This document shows positions 12,174 through 25,794 of a DNA stretch of 64,000 nucleotides, piece by piece. The notes below the pieces were generated by a model. That model was not told the origin of the DNA, did no database searches, and saw only the letters and a list, made by a program, of their open reading frames with translations. Position 1 is the stretch's first letter, and each line of letters begins with the position of its first letter. Origin of the DNA: Eledone cirrhosa (Eukaryota); the NCBI GenBank assembly GCA_964016885.1, contig OZ024743.1, forward strand, positions 288,796,001 to 288,860,000. The letters are read 5' to 3'. The position numbers were made by a program, and so were the translations under genes.

Positions 12174-15100
12174 ATGGATGTGTTAAGAGTAGGATGTTTG
12201 AATGCACGTGGCCTGGGCTCAACTTGGAAGCAAGCAAAGCTTCTAAATGACCTCATGTCATGTAGTATAAATGTAATGGTTATCTGTGAGACTCGAATCA
12301 GCGTCGTGCGGCAGCTGGCCCCCACCTTCGATGACTTTGAGGTGCATGCATCTCTCTGTCAACCTGGAGGTGGGGGTGGGGTTGTTGTACTGCTGCAAAA
12401 ACACCTGGGTCTTGCCGTACAGGTTGTGCACTCGGACCCGGAGGGTCGTTTGTTGGTGCTAGACGTTGGCAGTAGTGAAAGTGCGGCCTTGAGACTGGTC
12501 GCCGTCTACTCCCCTTTCGGAGCTGAACGGCCCGACTTCTTCCAGCGTTTGGAGACTTTTCTGGGAACGTCGCGTTCCCTGCTTCTAGCGGGGGATTGGA
12601 ATGACATCCTGGATGCACGTTGGGACTATGCAGGAGCATGTCCTAATAGAGGGGGGTGTAACAGCCTCAAGGGGTTACTCGACCGTTTTAACTTGGTCGA
12701 TAGATATCGACTAGATTTTCCAACTGTGCCTACCTGGACTTGGAGAAACCACAGTGGTCAATCTAGATCGTACTTAGATAGATTCTTAGTTAGAAGTAAG
12801 GATAGGGACATATTAAGCTGTCCAGAAATGCGCACGGTTGGCTACACGGATCACAAATTAGTGACCTGCGTGGTCAATCTCGAGAAAACACATAGACAGG
12901 GTCCCGGTTACTGGAAACTTAATTTGTCTTTACCGGCAAAAGAGACTTACAGAAACCGGATTAGCAGATTAGTTAAGTAGAGGTTGTCGGGTGCAATCGT
13001 CAACAACCGATGGTGGGCATCTCTCAAAAGAGAGATTAGAACAGAATCAATAAGTTATAGCAAGATGTTAGCTGCCGATAGGAATAGAAACGAGAAAGAA
13101 TTAACAGGTAAATTAGAAGAGGCAATCAAGAGCGAAGATGTGGCCAGAGTGCTGGCATCGAGGACGGCCTTGAACCAGTTTTTCGATGCAAAGCACGAAG
13201 GCTGCGTCATTCGAAGTAAAATACGTGCTCTAGGTAATGAGGGGGCCAAAGCCGTTGGATGGGCCCGCGTGACAGAAGCTAAGAGTGGAAATCGATCCAC
13301 CATCCGGTCGTTGCAAGACGAAGATGGACGGGTGATCCGGGAGCCTAAGCAGATGTGCGAGGCCTTTCAAAGGCACTTTTCCCGATTGTTCGGGGGAGGC
13401 GAGGGTCCGGGCGGGGGCGTGGATTTCGGTCCATACCTCGACGGCCTGCCGCATCTCTCGAGCGAAGAGGCAGAGTCCTGCGAGGGACCAATCTCGGCTG
13501 ATGAGATCGGAGATGCGCTGAGCCAATGCAGCAGACGCAAATCTCCAGGTCTCGATGGTATACCTTACGAACTTTATTTAGCAATGCCGGTCTTCTTCTC
13601 CGAACTCCTCGAAGCGGTCTACTGCAATTGGCAGCAGAACGGGAGAATTCCGTGTTCTGTAGCCAAGGGCGTAGTCACGCTGGTGAGGAAGGACGAGAAC
13701 AAGGGGGATAGTATAAATAATTTTCGGCCCATAACCCTGCTAAACACAGAGTTAAAGATTTTGGCCAAGGTGTTAGCAAAGAGGTTGGCGCTTGTCGTGG
13801 GTGGCCTGGTGGGAGATGCGCAGACATATGCTATCCCATCCAGGTCCATTCACGATAACCTCCACCTCATGCGATACATCATAGAGAGGGTTGGCAACAA
13901 ACCCGGCTTCGGTGGGGCCCTGATCAACTTGGATCAGTCTAAGGCCTTCGATAGGGTCGACCATGGTTACCTGGATGCGGTGCTAGCGGCGGCTGGGTTC
14001 GGTCCTGTTTTCAGAGGCTGGATCACTGCCCTACATAGCAACCACATCTGTTCTAGGATCAAGGTGAACGGCTACCTTTCGAAGCCATTCGAAATCACAC
14101 GATCCATTCGACAGGGGTGCCCTCTCTCCTCCCTTCTGTACGTATTGACTCTCGAGCCTTTACTGAGGAAGTTGGAGTTGTTGCAGGGTATCCCCCTGGA
14201 ACCAGGATTGAGCAAAGCGGTGTCGGCCTACGCCGATGACGTAACAGTAATGGTGTCGACCGACTTGGAGATCGAGGCGATCGGTACCTTACTGGAGGAG
14301 TACGAAAGGTTGTCAGGAGCGAAACTGAACCGGGAAAAATCCATCGGGCTGCAACTCGGAACGTGGAGAGGCAGACCGATGCCTCCTGACGGTGTCGTCG
14401 GACACTGGACGGAGGGCCCGGTAAAGTTGCTTGGGGTCTGGTTTGGACCGGACCTCCAGGTGGAAAAGAACTGGAACGAGGTTACGAACAAGGTGTTTGC
14501 ACTAACCCAGAAATGGGCCAAGTGTAAGCTGTCCCTAAAAGGCCGGGCGGAGGTGGCGAACATTTACATAGCGTCCGTCACTTACTACCGCCTGACTGTC
14601 GTGCCTTGCCCTAAGGAAACACTCACCACCATGGAACGCATGCTCTTCCAATTTCTTTGGAAGAAGCGCCCTCCTATGGTGAGAAGATCCATCTGCTGCC
14701 AACAACCTTCGAAAGGAGGGCTGGGGATGCCGTGGTTGATGATGCGTAGGCACGCATTAAGGCTACGGCACCTACAGGTATTCCTCACTGGTCAACCGGT
14801 GTGGGCTCCGTTCGTGAAACGAGCCTTTCCGAGACTCGTCTCGCTCACCGAGCTACAGTCCTGGGTCAAGCAAAGATCCGGAAAACTGGGAGACTGGCAC
14901 ACTGAGTGTGCTCAGGCGCTCAGGGCTTTCTGGCAAGCGGGCCAGGCCATCGGTGGAGAATCCACCTCATCATTCTATAGAGGGCTGGTGGCTAGCAGGG
15001 GCGATGACACCCTTGGAGAGTCGCTGGACATGGAAGAAGACGAACTGGCCAGCCTGTTCGGTAGGACTTTCGGCCCAGGACCAATGGACAACTTCCAGAA

Positions 15101-15593
15101 GTCACTGGCCTGGCAGTGCTACCGGGGGGCTCTACCCGTTCGAGAGAGGCTCTACAGACACGGGCGCCCGGGCAGGGATCCCTCAAAAAAGATTTGCCCT
15201 AGGTGCGTGCGTCACGAAGAAACCGTTGCGCACGCATTGGTGCAATGTCCGGGCTACGCCGAACGACTGCTGTCGCGGGTGGCGCCGATTAAATTGACCG
15301 CCGTGTCCGTGATGACAATCAAACCGCCTCCCCTCTTCACAAAGGAAGCAAAGGCGGTTTTTCTGTGCGTAATAGCCATGTTGAAAGAGGTTGTTTGGTG
15401 GACACGATTGAAAGGTCTGAGGTCAGGCAACTTCCTCTCTGGCCATAGTCTGGTCTACTTCTTCCGATATCACTTCGGAAGAAGGATAAGAATGGAGAGA
15501 GAGGTGCTTGGCCACAGGCAGTTTTATGAAAGGTGGGTGATAGTAGCGAGAATGGCTCGTGTAAATGGGCCTTCTCTGTATACTATCCTGTAG
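12174..15593 (+). pseudogene. LINE ORF2: APE endonuclease - RT - C-terminal Cys domain, one in-frame TAG at 12978-12980
   Basis: APE motifs LNARGL, ICETR, AGDWN, YLDRF, TDHK. RT motifs KSPGLDG, FRPITLLN, LDQSKAFDRV, RQGCPLS, YADD. C-terminal CPRC..ETVAHALVQC. Confidence 0.93.
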
Positions 15594-16067
15594 GTAAAGA
15601 AGTAAAGGAGAGGGGAGCACCTTCTCCATGTGCTCCCCGGGCAAAGGATTGCACACTTTTTCGGGGGTGTGTGCAACCCCCATCACGTCCCCTCCCTTTT
15701 GAGGTTATTTTCGATTATTTTCATGTTACACCCTTTTTACTCGATTATATGTAAACTCCCCCCTTTGTATTTGTCCCTTCTTTTTATGCCTTTATGGTAA
15801 ATAAAGAAATCTATATGTTAGTATAACCCAATTTAAGTGTTTGGGGTGTTAACTATATGTATTTTGTGGAAAGCCAGTTGTATTATTTTATGAGATATAA
15901 TTAAAGTTAAAATATATATATATAAGTATAAATTCAGCGAGAATCGCATTTCGGCTGCTAGAAAAAGCGAAACGTACCGCAAATTCCGAGTCATGCTGGC
16001 AAGCGCTCCATGGGCTAAAACAGATCAGAGCAATAAACATAGGTTATATATATATATATATATATAT

Positions 16068-16250
16068 AATTGTTTCTACTTTTGGCACAAGGCCAGCAAA
16101 TACCCAGTACATTACTGGTACTTTATTTTATCGACCCCGTAAGGATGAAAGGCAAAATTAACCTCGGCGGGATTTGAACTCAGATCGTAAAGGGACGTAA
16201 CTCTTTGCATCATAGCATGGCGTCCGACCTCTACTGATACTGCCAATCCA
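16068..16250 (-). mobile_element. tRNA-derived SINE in (TA)n
   Basis: aattgtttctacttttggcacaagg...ggatttgaactcag...gatactgccaatcc. Confidence 0.9.
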
Positions 16251-16674
16251 ATATATAATGTTCTAGCAGTAGATAGAAGATGCAATTAATTACGGAGCTA
16301 ATGAAAAGTTACAACCAAAACCACATGCAGATCTCCCTCACCCCCATAGATACACTTTCTATAAATCCATGCAGCTTAAACTAAATACAGCTACAACTTA
16401 CGACTAAAATAAAACGATATCTAGCAGCCAAAAGCTTTTGACACGCTGATGAAGACATGTGATGTAGTCTAATATAATATGACACGGATTTTAAAAAAAA
16501 TCTTATTTCAATCCATTTATATTTTCGTCTTCGAAAGATTTGTGTGTCCTGATAGCAGAAATGAGTCAGTATAATATGATACTATGCTAGATATTAATGT
16601 TATTCTCTCGGGCTTTTGTTGCTTTACTGCCTCGCTAAACATGAACCTCATTCTTCCAGTGCCTCTATATAATG

Positions 16675-16827
16675 ATATATGTATATGAATATATATGTGT
16701 ATGAATGTATGTGTGTATGTATGTATGTATGTATATATGTGTATGTGTGTATTTGTGTGTGTGTATATATTTGTATGTATATATGTATGTATATATGTCT
16801 ATATATATATACATATATATATGTATG

Positions 16828-16859
<32 letters not shown>

Positions 16860-16864
16860 CGTAT

Positions 16865-16897
<33 letters not shown>

Positions 16898-16898
16898 C

Positions 16899-16959
<61 letters not shown>

Positions 16960-16960
16960 T
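16675..16960. repeat. (TA)n/(TG)n compound microsatellite (representative of dozens in the window)
   Basis: Direct dinucleotide runs. Confidence 0.95.
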
Positions 16961-17111
16961 AAATAGAAAGATAGACGGCCAGATAGAGACTGATGTGCGT
17001 ATTTGAACACAAGCATACATATACACATACGCTCGCATATATATATATATATATGGGATATTTTTTATTTTAGTAAGTATACGTTTATGTATAAACAAAT
17101 CAACACACGGT

Positions 17112-17142
<31 letters not shown>

Positions 17143-17635
17143 AAGAGAGACTGGGAGTGTGGGGAAGAGAGTTAAACAACTAGATAGATATAGATTTATA
17201 TCTACGTACAAATATATTAATATATGACTGTCTGTGGGATATTTCTTCAAATTAGTAAGAATGGCAAAGCATTATCAAGAGATGTATTTATTTTTACTAA
17301 CAAGTCATAAGACACGAGAAACGATATAATCTACGCACACACACACACGGACGCACACACACACACACACACATATACATATATATATATATACACACAC
17401 ATATATATATATATATGTGTGTGTATACATATATTCACTGACATGTATTTACACACACACACACACACACACATATATATTTATATATATGAATGTGTGT
17501 GTTTGTGTGTGTGTGTATATGAAAAATATCGGTGTCTGTATGTTTGCGGTTTTTGTCAGCCGTTGTGTATGTCTGTCTCTATATATGTGTATATATTTAC
17601 GCAACTACAAACGTATACATGCACACACACACACA

Positions 17636-17674
<39 letters not shown>

Positions 17675-18226
17675 ACACATATATATATCCGTTAGCACTA
17701 GCGAACACCAGGTTGAGCTTAATAGTGTATTGAAGGCTGATCCAGTAGCCTGTTACTCGACCATTTCCAGAACGTATCCCGGAGAGTTTATAACTGGTCA
17801 AGATAGAAAGGCACTGTGCAACTAGTGGAGGCTGGATTCCGCGGAACGGAGAAATAAAACTGTACAAGAAACACAGTAAGAAATAGGTGGGTTTATTCGA
17901 TATTTGGATAGAGTGCTTTGCATTTTTAATTCGACTGTATGTTTAAATCCTTTTTGAGGTCAACTTTTCCTTTTATCATTTCGTACCGTCCAGTACTCGG
18001 TTAAAGACTTTTTTCTTTATCCCTATATTTCAGTATTTATCTTTATTAGAAAACGGCCGGGATCAAAGCTGGGAGTAGGATGAATCCAGTTCGCTCTAAA
18101 TAACCATGGAGCACCTTATTCTATGACGGCGCCCCTACAAACCCATCAGGTGTTAAGGGCTCAATGATTATGGTCATATGAAACGATGAAGACACTGATA
18201 TCATTTTCTTCGATATACATCTAAGC

Positions 18227-18553
18227 CAGAGGTTTTCAAAGTGGGCGCTACCGCCACCCAATGTGTGGGGTGTGGTGGGGGTTGAGAAGGTCCTGCGCGC
18301 TGGGACCTAAGGGGCAGTGGGGAGTTAGTAGAGATGTTAAAATAGTATATTGAATATCAAATGATACATATTATATATAAATATAGTAAAAAAAAATATA
18401 TATAATATTTATTTTACATAGTATATATTGTATATTTAGTATATATAAATTAACGATTTTGTTTATATATTATTTACAATTTGCGTATAGGCAGGTCTTT
18501 CTGGAAATATAGGTGCGGGCGTTGAGGGTATTACGCGGCCGTGGGAACCTCTG
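18227..18553. mobile_element. hAT (Charlie-like) MITE
   Basis: Termini cagaggttttca and tgggaacctctg; 8-bp TSD atctaagc at 18219-18226 and 18554-18561. Confidence 0.8.
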
Positions 18554-18760
18554 ATCTAAGCGAATGTAAACAAGCTACAAACACTTTGTAGTGATTCAGC
18601 AACATCTAACGAGTAAATAAAATCTACATGTTTTTACATATCGAGTACTATTTGTAGCTTTCGTATGACCCAAAATACCCCACACTCACACTTTCTCTCT
18701 CCATGTATGCACATATATAGTTGATAAGTTCATGAACGTACATTCATATATCTGTGTCTG

Positions 18761-18807
<47 letters not shown>

Positions 18808-18864
18808 CTATACATATACATATATTTATATACATTTATATATATACATATATATATATATATG

Positions 18865-18943
<79 letters not shown>

Positions 18944-18993
18944 ATATGCACATACATATGCAAATATAAATACATACCCATACACACACACTC

Positions 18994-19088
<95 letters not shown>

Positions 19089-20097
19089 ACAGTGTGACTA
19101 TTTATCAAGCCAAGACAAAGTAAATTGTTTTCTGGGCTGTTAGATCTTTTTCTTCTCGTTGTTCTCGGCTCAGTGCCTTTCTTCTTCTCCTTCTTCTTCT
19201 TCTTCTTCTTCTTCCGTTTGCTATATATCATGACTGTATCCATTCACCTACTATCTTACTACAAGTGAAACATCATGTAATTACATTCTTCATACTGTTC
19301 AATTATTTCTACTAATTATAAACAAACACCTCAAACTAAAAATAACAAACATCTCATATCTCTACTCATCGTTTCCCTCTACCATCTTTCTTCTCTTCCC
19401 ATATCTTTCTTTCCTTTTGTTGAAAAAGGATTCTCTCGATTGTTTTAACTTTGTACATTTACATTCTTGTCATTTAGACAATCATATTAAATAATTATGT
19501 TAATTATCTAGTCGTTGGGTCCCAGTTAATAAGATGTGCCACTATCAATCACTCAGTCTCTCTCCTTCCCTCTCTTTTTCTCTGCTTTTCTCGGCGCCAT
19601 ATTTTAGTCTCTGATGAGTCTTGAGTTCAAAATCGCGCAACAGCTAAAAATTGAATTCTTTCTTTGTTTATTTGAATTTTTCAATTTAGGCATTTTTTTG
19701 AGTAGCTGGTTTGTAGATTTGGATTTGAAGAATCATTAGAACAATGGACAAAAAACGCGCAGGAATACGTTTTATTTCTATATTACCTACGTTCAAATCC
19801 TAGTGGTATAGGTGTCTGTATATTATCTTCTTCCTGAATAGAATAAATAAATTACGAGTCACATATTGGAGTGAATTTATATTTGACAAGTGTACAAGCG
19901 AAATTTCCAAATACTGATAAAACGATACAGACTACCAAAGTGATAGCAAGATAATATGAGGGACGACTTGAAGCTGGCCGTTTGATGTGTGAAGACCGCA
20001 GACCTGTCAACTCTCTTCGGTGGACGGGGGGATCTCCCACCCATTTTGGGATTAGCGAGAGATGTCTTCTCTTGTGAAAATGGGTATATCTTTCATT

Positions 20098-20201
20098 CCC
20101 GCCGAGGTTGACTTTGCCTTTCATCCTTACGGGGTCGATAAAATAAAGTACCAGTAATACACTGGATAATTGCTGGCCTTGTGCCAAAAGTAGAAACAAT
20201 T
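20098..20201 (+). mobile_element. 5'-truncated tRNA-derived SINE
   Basis: cccgccgaggttgactttgcctttcatccttacggggtcgataaaataaagtaccag...agtagaaacaatt. Confidence 0.85.
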
Positions 20202-21689
20202 ATGTAAAATATCCCCATTGTGCCTCATTTCTCCTCGGGGCACTGTTTTTCATGGTACTTCCCGTTTGAGGTTTTAGAGGGTGGTATGTCTGAGTCCAGG
20301 CGCCAAATTAGTTCAAATTGATGTAACACCTATATACTATTGGCTAGCAAAGTTGCTGGATCATTTTATGCTTTCACCATTATTCTCATTATACAAAATA
20401 TTTGAGAATTTGCAGAAGGTTAACATAACGCTCCTCAATAAGGAAATATGCATATTCATTAAAACTGTGCAGAAACTTGAACACAGTCATACCTTCAATG
20501 TGAGGTAATTGAAAAAATAAACTGTTCTCAAATTGTAGTAATTTATAGTTCAGACAATATCAACATCATACAATATATCCGTCTTTTTCTTTAATTCGGT
20601 AGAGTATGATTTGAGAAAAAGTATTTGAATATTAACGACTTTCCAGTCGGTTTCGATGCATTCTGATGTTTTCTCGAAGCCTCCTAGGCGTGGTTTGTGG
20701 GCATCATTTATCTACTCATCAGTGCCAAAAACATGGATGTGCACGAAATGTATAGAGTACACATGTAATACTTTTAATAAAACAACACACAGAGGCATAT
20801 ACATACATATATTACTCTATATTCCTCGTATAATTTCGTTTAAGATATTGTACATATCATTGATGTATTCTATTTCGTTTAGGTCTTTGCTAACCATTAC
20901 ATGAACACATATTCTCGATATATCTACGTAATATTTATTCAAGACAGACAAAGAAGACAACTCCAAACCTGAAAAATATGGAAATATCTGGCATTATGTT
21001 GGTTTCTATGATTGGCACAAGTTATCAATTTGTTGGGCGTATATAATCGATTATATCGTCTGCAGTAGTTCATTGCTGCAAATTTACCTTTCATTATTTC
21101 AGGGTTGATAGCACTGGGTAATTGCTGGCCTTGTGCCTAAAGTAGAAATAATTATTTCAGGGTTGATAAACTAAACTGCCAATATAGTACTGGGACAGAT
21201 ATAATTGACTTTCATCTGCCCATAAATTGCTGGCATTGGGCCTGAGTTAGAAATCATTATTGTCAATATTTAGGCAGTTAGAGGAGAGATCTTCCCCTGA
21301 GAGGTTTCGTTCTGATTATAACCTTACCGTACTTACCGAATTAACGAAGGGGAATCACGAAATAAATGTACAAGCGTGTAATATGTTTAGAGTAGAAAAA
21401 ATCAACCCCAAAATATATTTAAATAATATCTTAGAAAGAGTCTAATTGATGAATCGTGGAATGAGGTAGGTTAGGAATAAAAATAATGTGTAAAAGGTGA
21501 AGTGAAATGACTGTAAAATAAGACAAAATATCAAAATATAATGCCTTGCAATAAATGAAGTATATGTATAAATTGAATAAATGTAAAACTTAAATAGTTA
21601 AACCTACACATATGCGATAAACATAACATGTACATAAATTATAATTTTTTAGAATTCCTGAAGAAGAAAGATTAAATAGTCACTTTAAA

Positions 21690-22140
21690 ATAGGGAGCGA
21701 CGATAAATTGCTGTGAATATTAAGTAAATATACTCTATAGATAATGAACACAACCACAAGGATATCGTCCGAAAGTGGAATAGGCGAACTCTCACTGTCA
21801 TCGCCTCCATCTCTCTCGCCCTCCCCATCTCTCTGTATGGTGAGCAAATGGGGTCCCACGTGCTGGCCTTCCCACAGCCCCGGCGGACAAAATGGAGAAG
21901 GCGTTTCCCCGGAGGATGGTAAGGGAAATGCGCTGGAAGGGCCATTCCAACTCGCGAGGCTCACACCTGTGGCTTGCCAGCTCAGCGCCTATGGTGATGA
22001 GTAGGAAGATAGCCCTAGGGCCAAGCACGCCAGAAGTCTCCACTGCTAAGGGAACGACCGCAAACCTGTCGCAGAGCGACCGGTACTTGGAGAGTTTGGT
22101 CTCCTCAGCCTGACGTGCAGCAGAACCTGGGTTAGTCACA
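21690..22140 (-). mobile_element. CRE-like (restriction-like endonuclease) non-LTR retrotransposon 3' fragment
   Basis: AARQAEETKLSKYRSL..FAVVPLAVETSGVLG..QRISLTILRGNAFSIL resembles the RLE C-terminus of CRE-clade elements. Confidence 0.7.
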
Positions 22141-23228
22141 GAATGTAAAACTTATAAAACGATATACTCAGATGTGTAAATTACAGAACGAAACCTTGTT
22201 AAAAATCTATACAAAGTATTAACATGATATAATGTTTGGATTAACAGAAAACCACTGGGAAGGTGAATATCCTTTGTGGTTGATAAATGTCTAAGTGGTT
22301 AAAGTATAAATGTGTAAGTGGTTACAATGTTCGCCTCACAATCGTGGGGGATTGAACTCGATCTTACTGTGTGGTGCCTTGGAGAAGAGTCTTTACCACA
22401 GCCTTGGGTACATCCAAACAATGGCAGTGAAGTTTGGGAGAAGGAGACAGCATGGAAGCCTGTCGGGTGGATTAAACCTGTATTAAAAAAAAAAGGATCC
22501 GACTATACCTAATTATGGATTACCTAAATACCTGCACGTTAATTCACAAGTTGGCTGTTCCGTTACTCGAACAAATCGACGAATGGTCTATCTTTGATTG
22601 GCATAAGCAAGTTTTTTTTATATAAAATCTTTCTAGTGTATCTGTCAATTTGCCGCTGTCGAAAAGTAGTACATATGTATTTAAATTATAATCATTGGGA
22701 TTTGGAAAATACAATTGAAACATATACATTGCCAGTTGAAATTTAACTGATGGCTTCGTATTCTCTGTAGGTGTTTCAATCGAAAAAATCATGTAACCGT
22801 GTATAGATATTTATGAAATATACCAAAAGTCTAAAGAACGATTTGAATACTGGGTGCTGAAATATATATTGGGCGTTTATATAATAAATCAAATAAAAAG
22901 TGATGAATTACAGCAATAAATATATAGTGGAAAATAAGAATTAAGTAAGATTAAATTATGTAACAATAAAGTATGGTTAAGGATATTTAATATGTTCAAA
23001 ATAAGTCCAAGAAACGGATGCATTGTATTCGTTTTTCCATATGTTGCAATGTTGAGATTAGACAAGTAGTGTAATATAAAATCTGTTCGATCGCATATAT
23101 AGAATCCATTCAAATATATTTACATATCATATAAGGCAATTGCAATACAAGAATATCAGATTAACTGTGTTAGACATAATGACACTCTAATAATTTATAT
23201 AGCGATGATGATGATGACAATGATGGCG

Positions 23229-23294
<66 letters not shown>

Positions 23295-23295
<1 letters not shown>

Positions 23296-24958
23296 CCATC
23301 CTAGAAACATCACCAATAACATGGTTAAAAACATCTCCCACCGCATATCTCGTTTGTCCGCTAATGAGCAGATATTCGACGAACATGCGCCTCATTAAAA
23401 CCAGGCCCTCAAGCGGAGTGGCTTCCGGGAGGAAATATCCTTTTATCCAGCGTCCCTTAGCGGAACCAGCAGGCGACACTGCCGCTCACAAAACGTAACG
23501 TGGTACAATCCTCCCCATAATGCCGAGGTGGCAATAACTATCGGGAAAATCTTCTTTAGGCTCCTCGAAAAACACTTCCCACTACCACAACATAATCAAC
23601 AAAAATACCATCAACCTCTCCTACAGCACCACGCCTAACTTCGCACAAAACATCGTCTCCTCAAACAACAAAAAACTCAACCTCTATGGAAGAAACAACC
23701 TAGACATCAGTGGAGAGCCGACCTGGAGGAGGTACTGCCCTGATAGATCTACGTGCCCCCTCAACAACAAATGCCGAGAACTTAACGTGATCTACCAGTG
23801 CAATGTGAGGACGGGCACCTCCAACAAAGCTTATATAGGATAAACCGCGTGTGACTTCAAGACCCGGCTCTACCACCACCGACATACTTTCCGAAAACCG
23901 GTCCGGCGACATGCCACTACACTTTCGGACCACATCTGGGACCTCCAAGATAATAATATAGCCTACAATCTCACTTAGAGCTTACTGACAGAGCTAACTC
24001 TTACACGGGAGGACGTCGTCCGTTTAACTTATGCTCGGAGGAAACATTACAAATTCTGTTTTCGAAGGACCAACTCCTAAACAAGAAAGACGAACTGGTA
24101 ACCACATGCAAACACAGATTGCGTACGACTTAACTCGCCCTCAAACCCCATAACGACCCGAGTGGGTAGACAAGGGCTGATACCCCCCACTTGCCGAATA
24201 AGTTAGGGGAAACCCCAGCTTACATAGGTAGATGTATCTCTTTTCTTTTCCTCTGTCTTCTTCTCCCCGTCTCATCCTATCACTTCCTTCCACCCCCTAT
24301 GTTCTTCCGCGTCTGCTTTTCCCCTTTCGCCTACCCCGATGCAGCCCATCGGGCCTCTGTAGCATCAGTTCCCCCACCCCTGTAATTTTAAGATAGAATT
24401 AGCCGAATACGTTTTACTAACTACTTATAGCAGATGTGCTAGACCCCTTTAATTTTGTATCAGTTTTGTTACTACTCCATTTCTACAATTTTTTTCTATT
24501 CTCAAATTATTAACCTGTAATTGTAAGATAGCATTGTAATTTTTTTATTCATTTCTCACTATTTAATTCTATATATTTTTTTATTTCTTTTTATTATCTT
24601 TTATTGTCTTCTACTCTCATTCGAATTACCTATTCTATAACCTCCCTCCTCCATTTCATACACTATCCTTAGAATCTGCCGTATACATATCACTTTCAAC
24701 GCTTGACCGGCTCCACTCACCCCCCCCCCCCCCATTGTTCTACAGGCAAGTTCAGCGACCCCTACCTCCCACAAATGCCTTGATAGACCTATTTGTGTTT
24801 ACAACAAATTTTAATCAATCCTCTTGACAACTACAATCTTCCCATATAAGGAAGTACCCCTTGACAAGTTCGGCTATTTATGCACCAGGCTAAAAATACT
24901 AATTTAGTCCAGAAATAGCCGTCGAAACGGCTTGAGCTCTGCCGTCGGGGTCATACTT

Positions 24959-24962
<4 letters not shown>
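23295..24962 (+). mobile_element. 5'-truncated, degenerate Penelope-like element (RT thumb + GIY-YIG + 3' pLTR) in (TA)n
   Basis: Translates as NHPRNIT..ISRLSANEQIF..WYNPP..FFRLLEKHFP..LNKKDELVTTCKHR with stops and frameshifts; homologous to the 25795 ORF. The 3' end carries an HHR and is shared with 33500-33795. Confidence 0.85.
24856..24951 (+). ncRNA. Hammerhead ribozyme motif, U3-A8 core variant
   Basis: acccc TTGACAA g..cggctattt...aaatagccg tc GAAA cggc-ttgagctct-gccg TC ggggt. All three stems pair; GUC cleavage triplet. Confidence 0.75.
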
Positions 24963-24989
<27 letters not shown>

Positions 24990-25794
24990 GAAAAGATGAA
25001 TATAAAATGAAAGTGCTTTTTTTAAAAAAGGAATTTATTAGGTATTGACATATGTTTCTGTAACAGACGGAATAACTATGTACCGCTGCTTGCGTAATCA
25101 TATAATGTTAGCAAGTATTCGATAGCAAATGTAGAGATTTTGGATAAATTTGATAAAATCAGAAAGATTGAAGTATTTATATTAGTAATAGAGGAAGAAG
25201 AGAGGGGATAGTATATGACAGATGGTAATTCAATTTACTGCTAAACAAGTATATAAAGGGTTTCTAATGAGAATACAATGAGTAAATGGTTTATTTTATC
25301 TAAATAAGAATTTTTGGGAGTGCCAATTTTAATCTATACTTGACCCATTGGACATTGGACAGGGCTGGTCATTTGATGTAGTAGTATTAATTATAAAGTG
25401 TCAATTGGGGAAGGGGGAGATTTCGATTGCTACTGAATAACATCAATGCTAGTAGCCAGCTGGTATATGCATTAGGGAATTGAATTAAGAAATCAGAAAT
25501 CTCATTTTATCTATAGCAGTTTATATTAAATGGTAAATAATAGAAGAGTTGATAGAATTAAGACTAATAGAGAATGTTAATATGTATTTTGACAACCAAA
25601 CGGAGATAGAGACGGGCGTTCAATCCTGGTGGTATTTATAATATGAAAATGTAGATTTTAAGCGATGGTTACAGTATAACGATCGCTCTATTCTGTTATT
25701 TAATCAAATGTTTTTGAATTTCATAATACAAAATAATTCCAAATTACATAATTTACAAATAATTTACAAATAATTCCAAATTACATAATTTACA

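Larger units (their letters stand above)
10995..15811 (+). mobile_element. L1/Tx1-clade non-LTR retrotransposon, 5'-truncated within ORF1
   Basis: Perfect 20-bp TSD tatatgttagtataacccaa (10975-10994 and 15812-15831). Contains ORF1, ORF2 and a 3' UTR ending AAATAAAGAAATC. Confidence 0.93.

Noticed and set aside
12978-12980. Programmed readthrough between endonuclease and RT
   Set aside because: A single CAG/AAG-to-TAG type mutation is simpler, and no second copy in the window covers this site.
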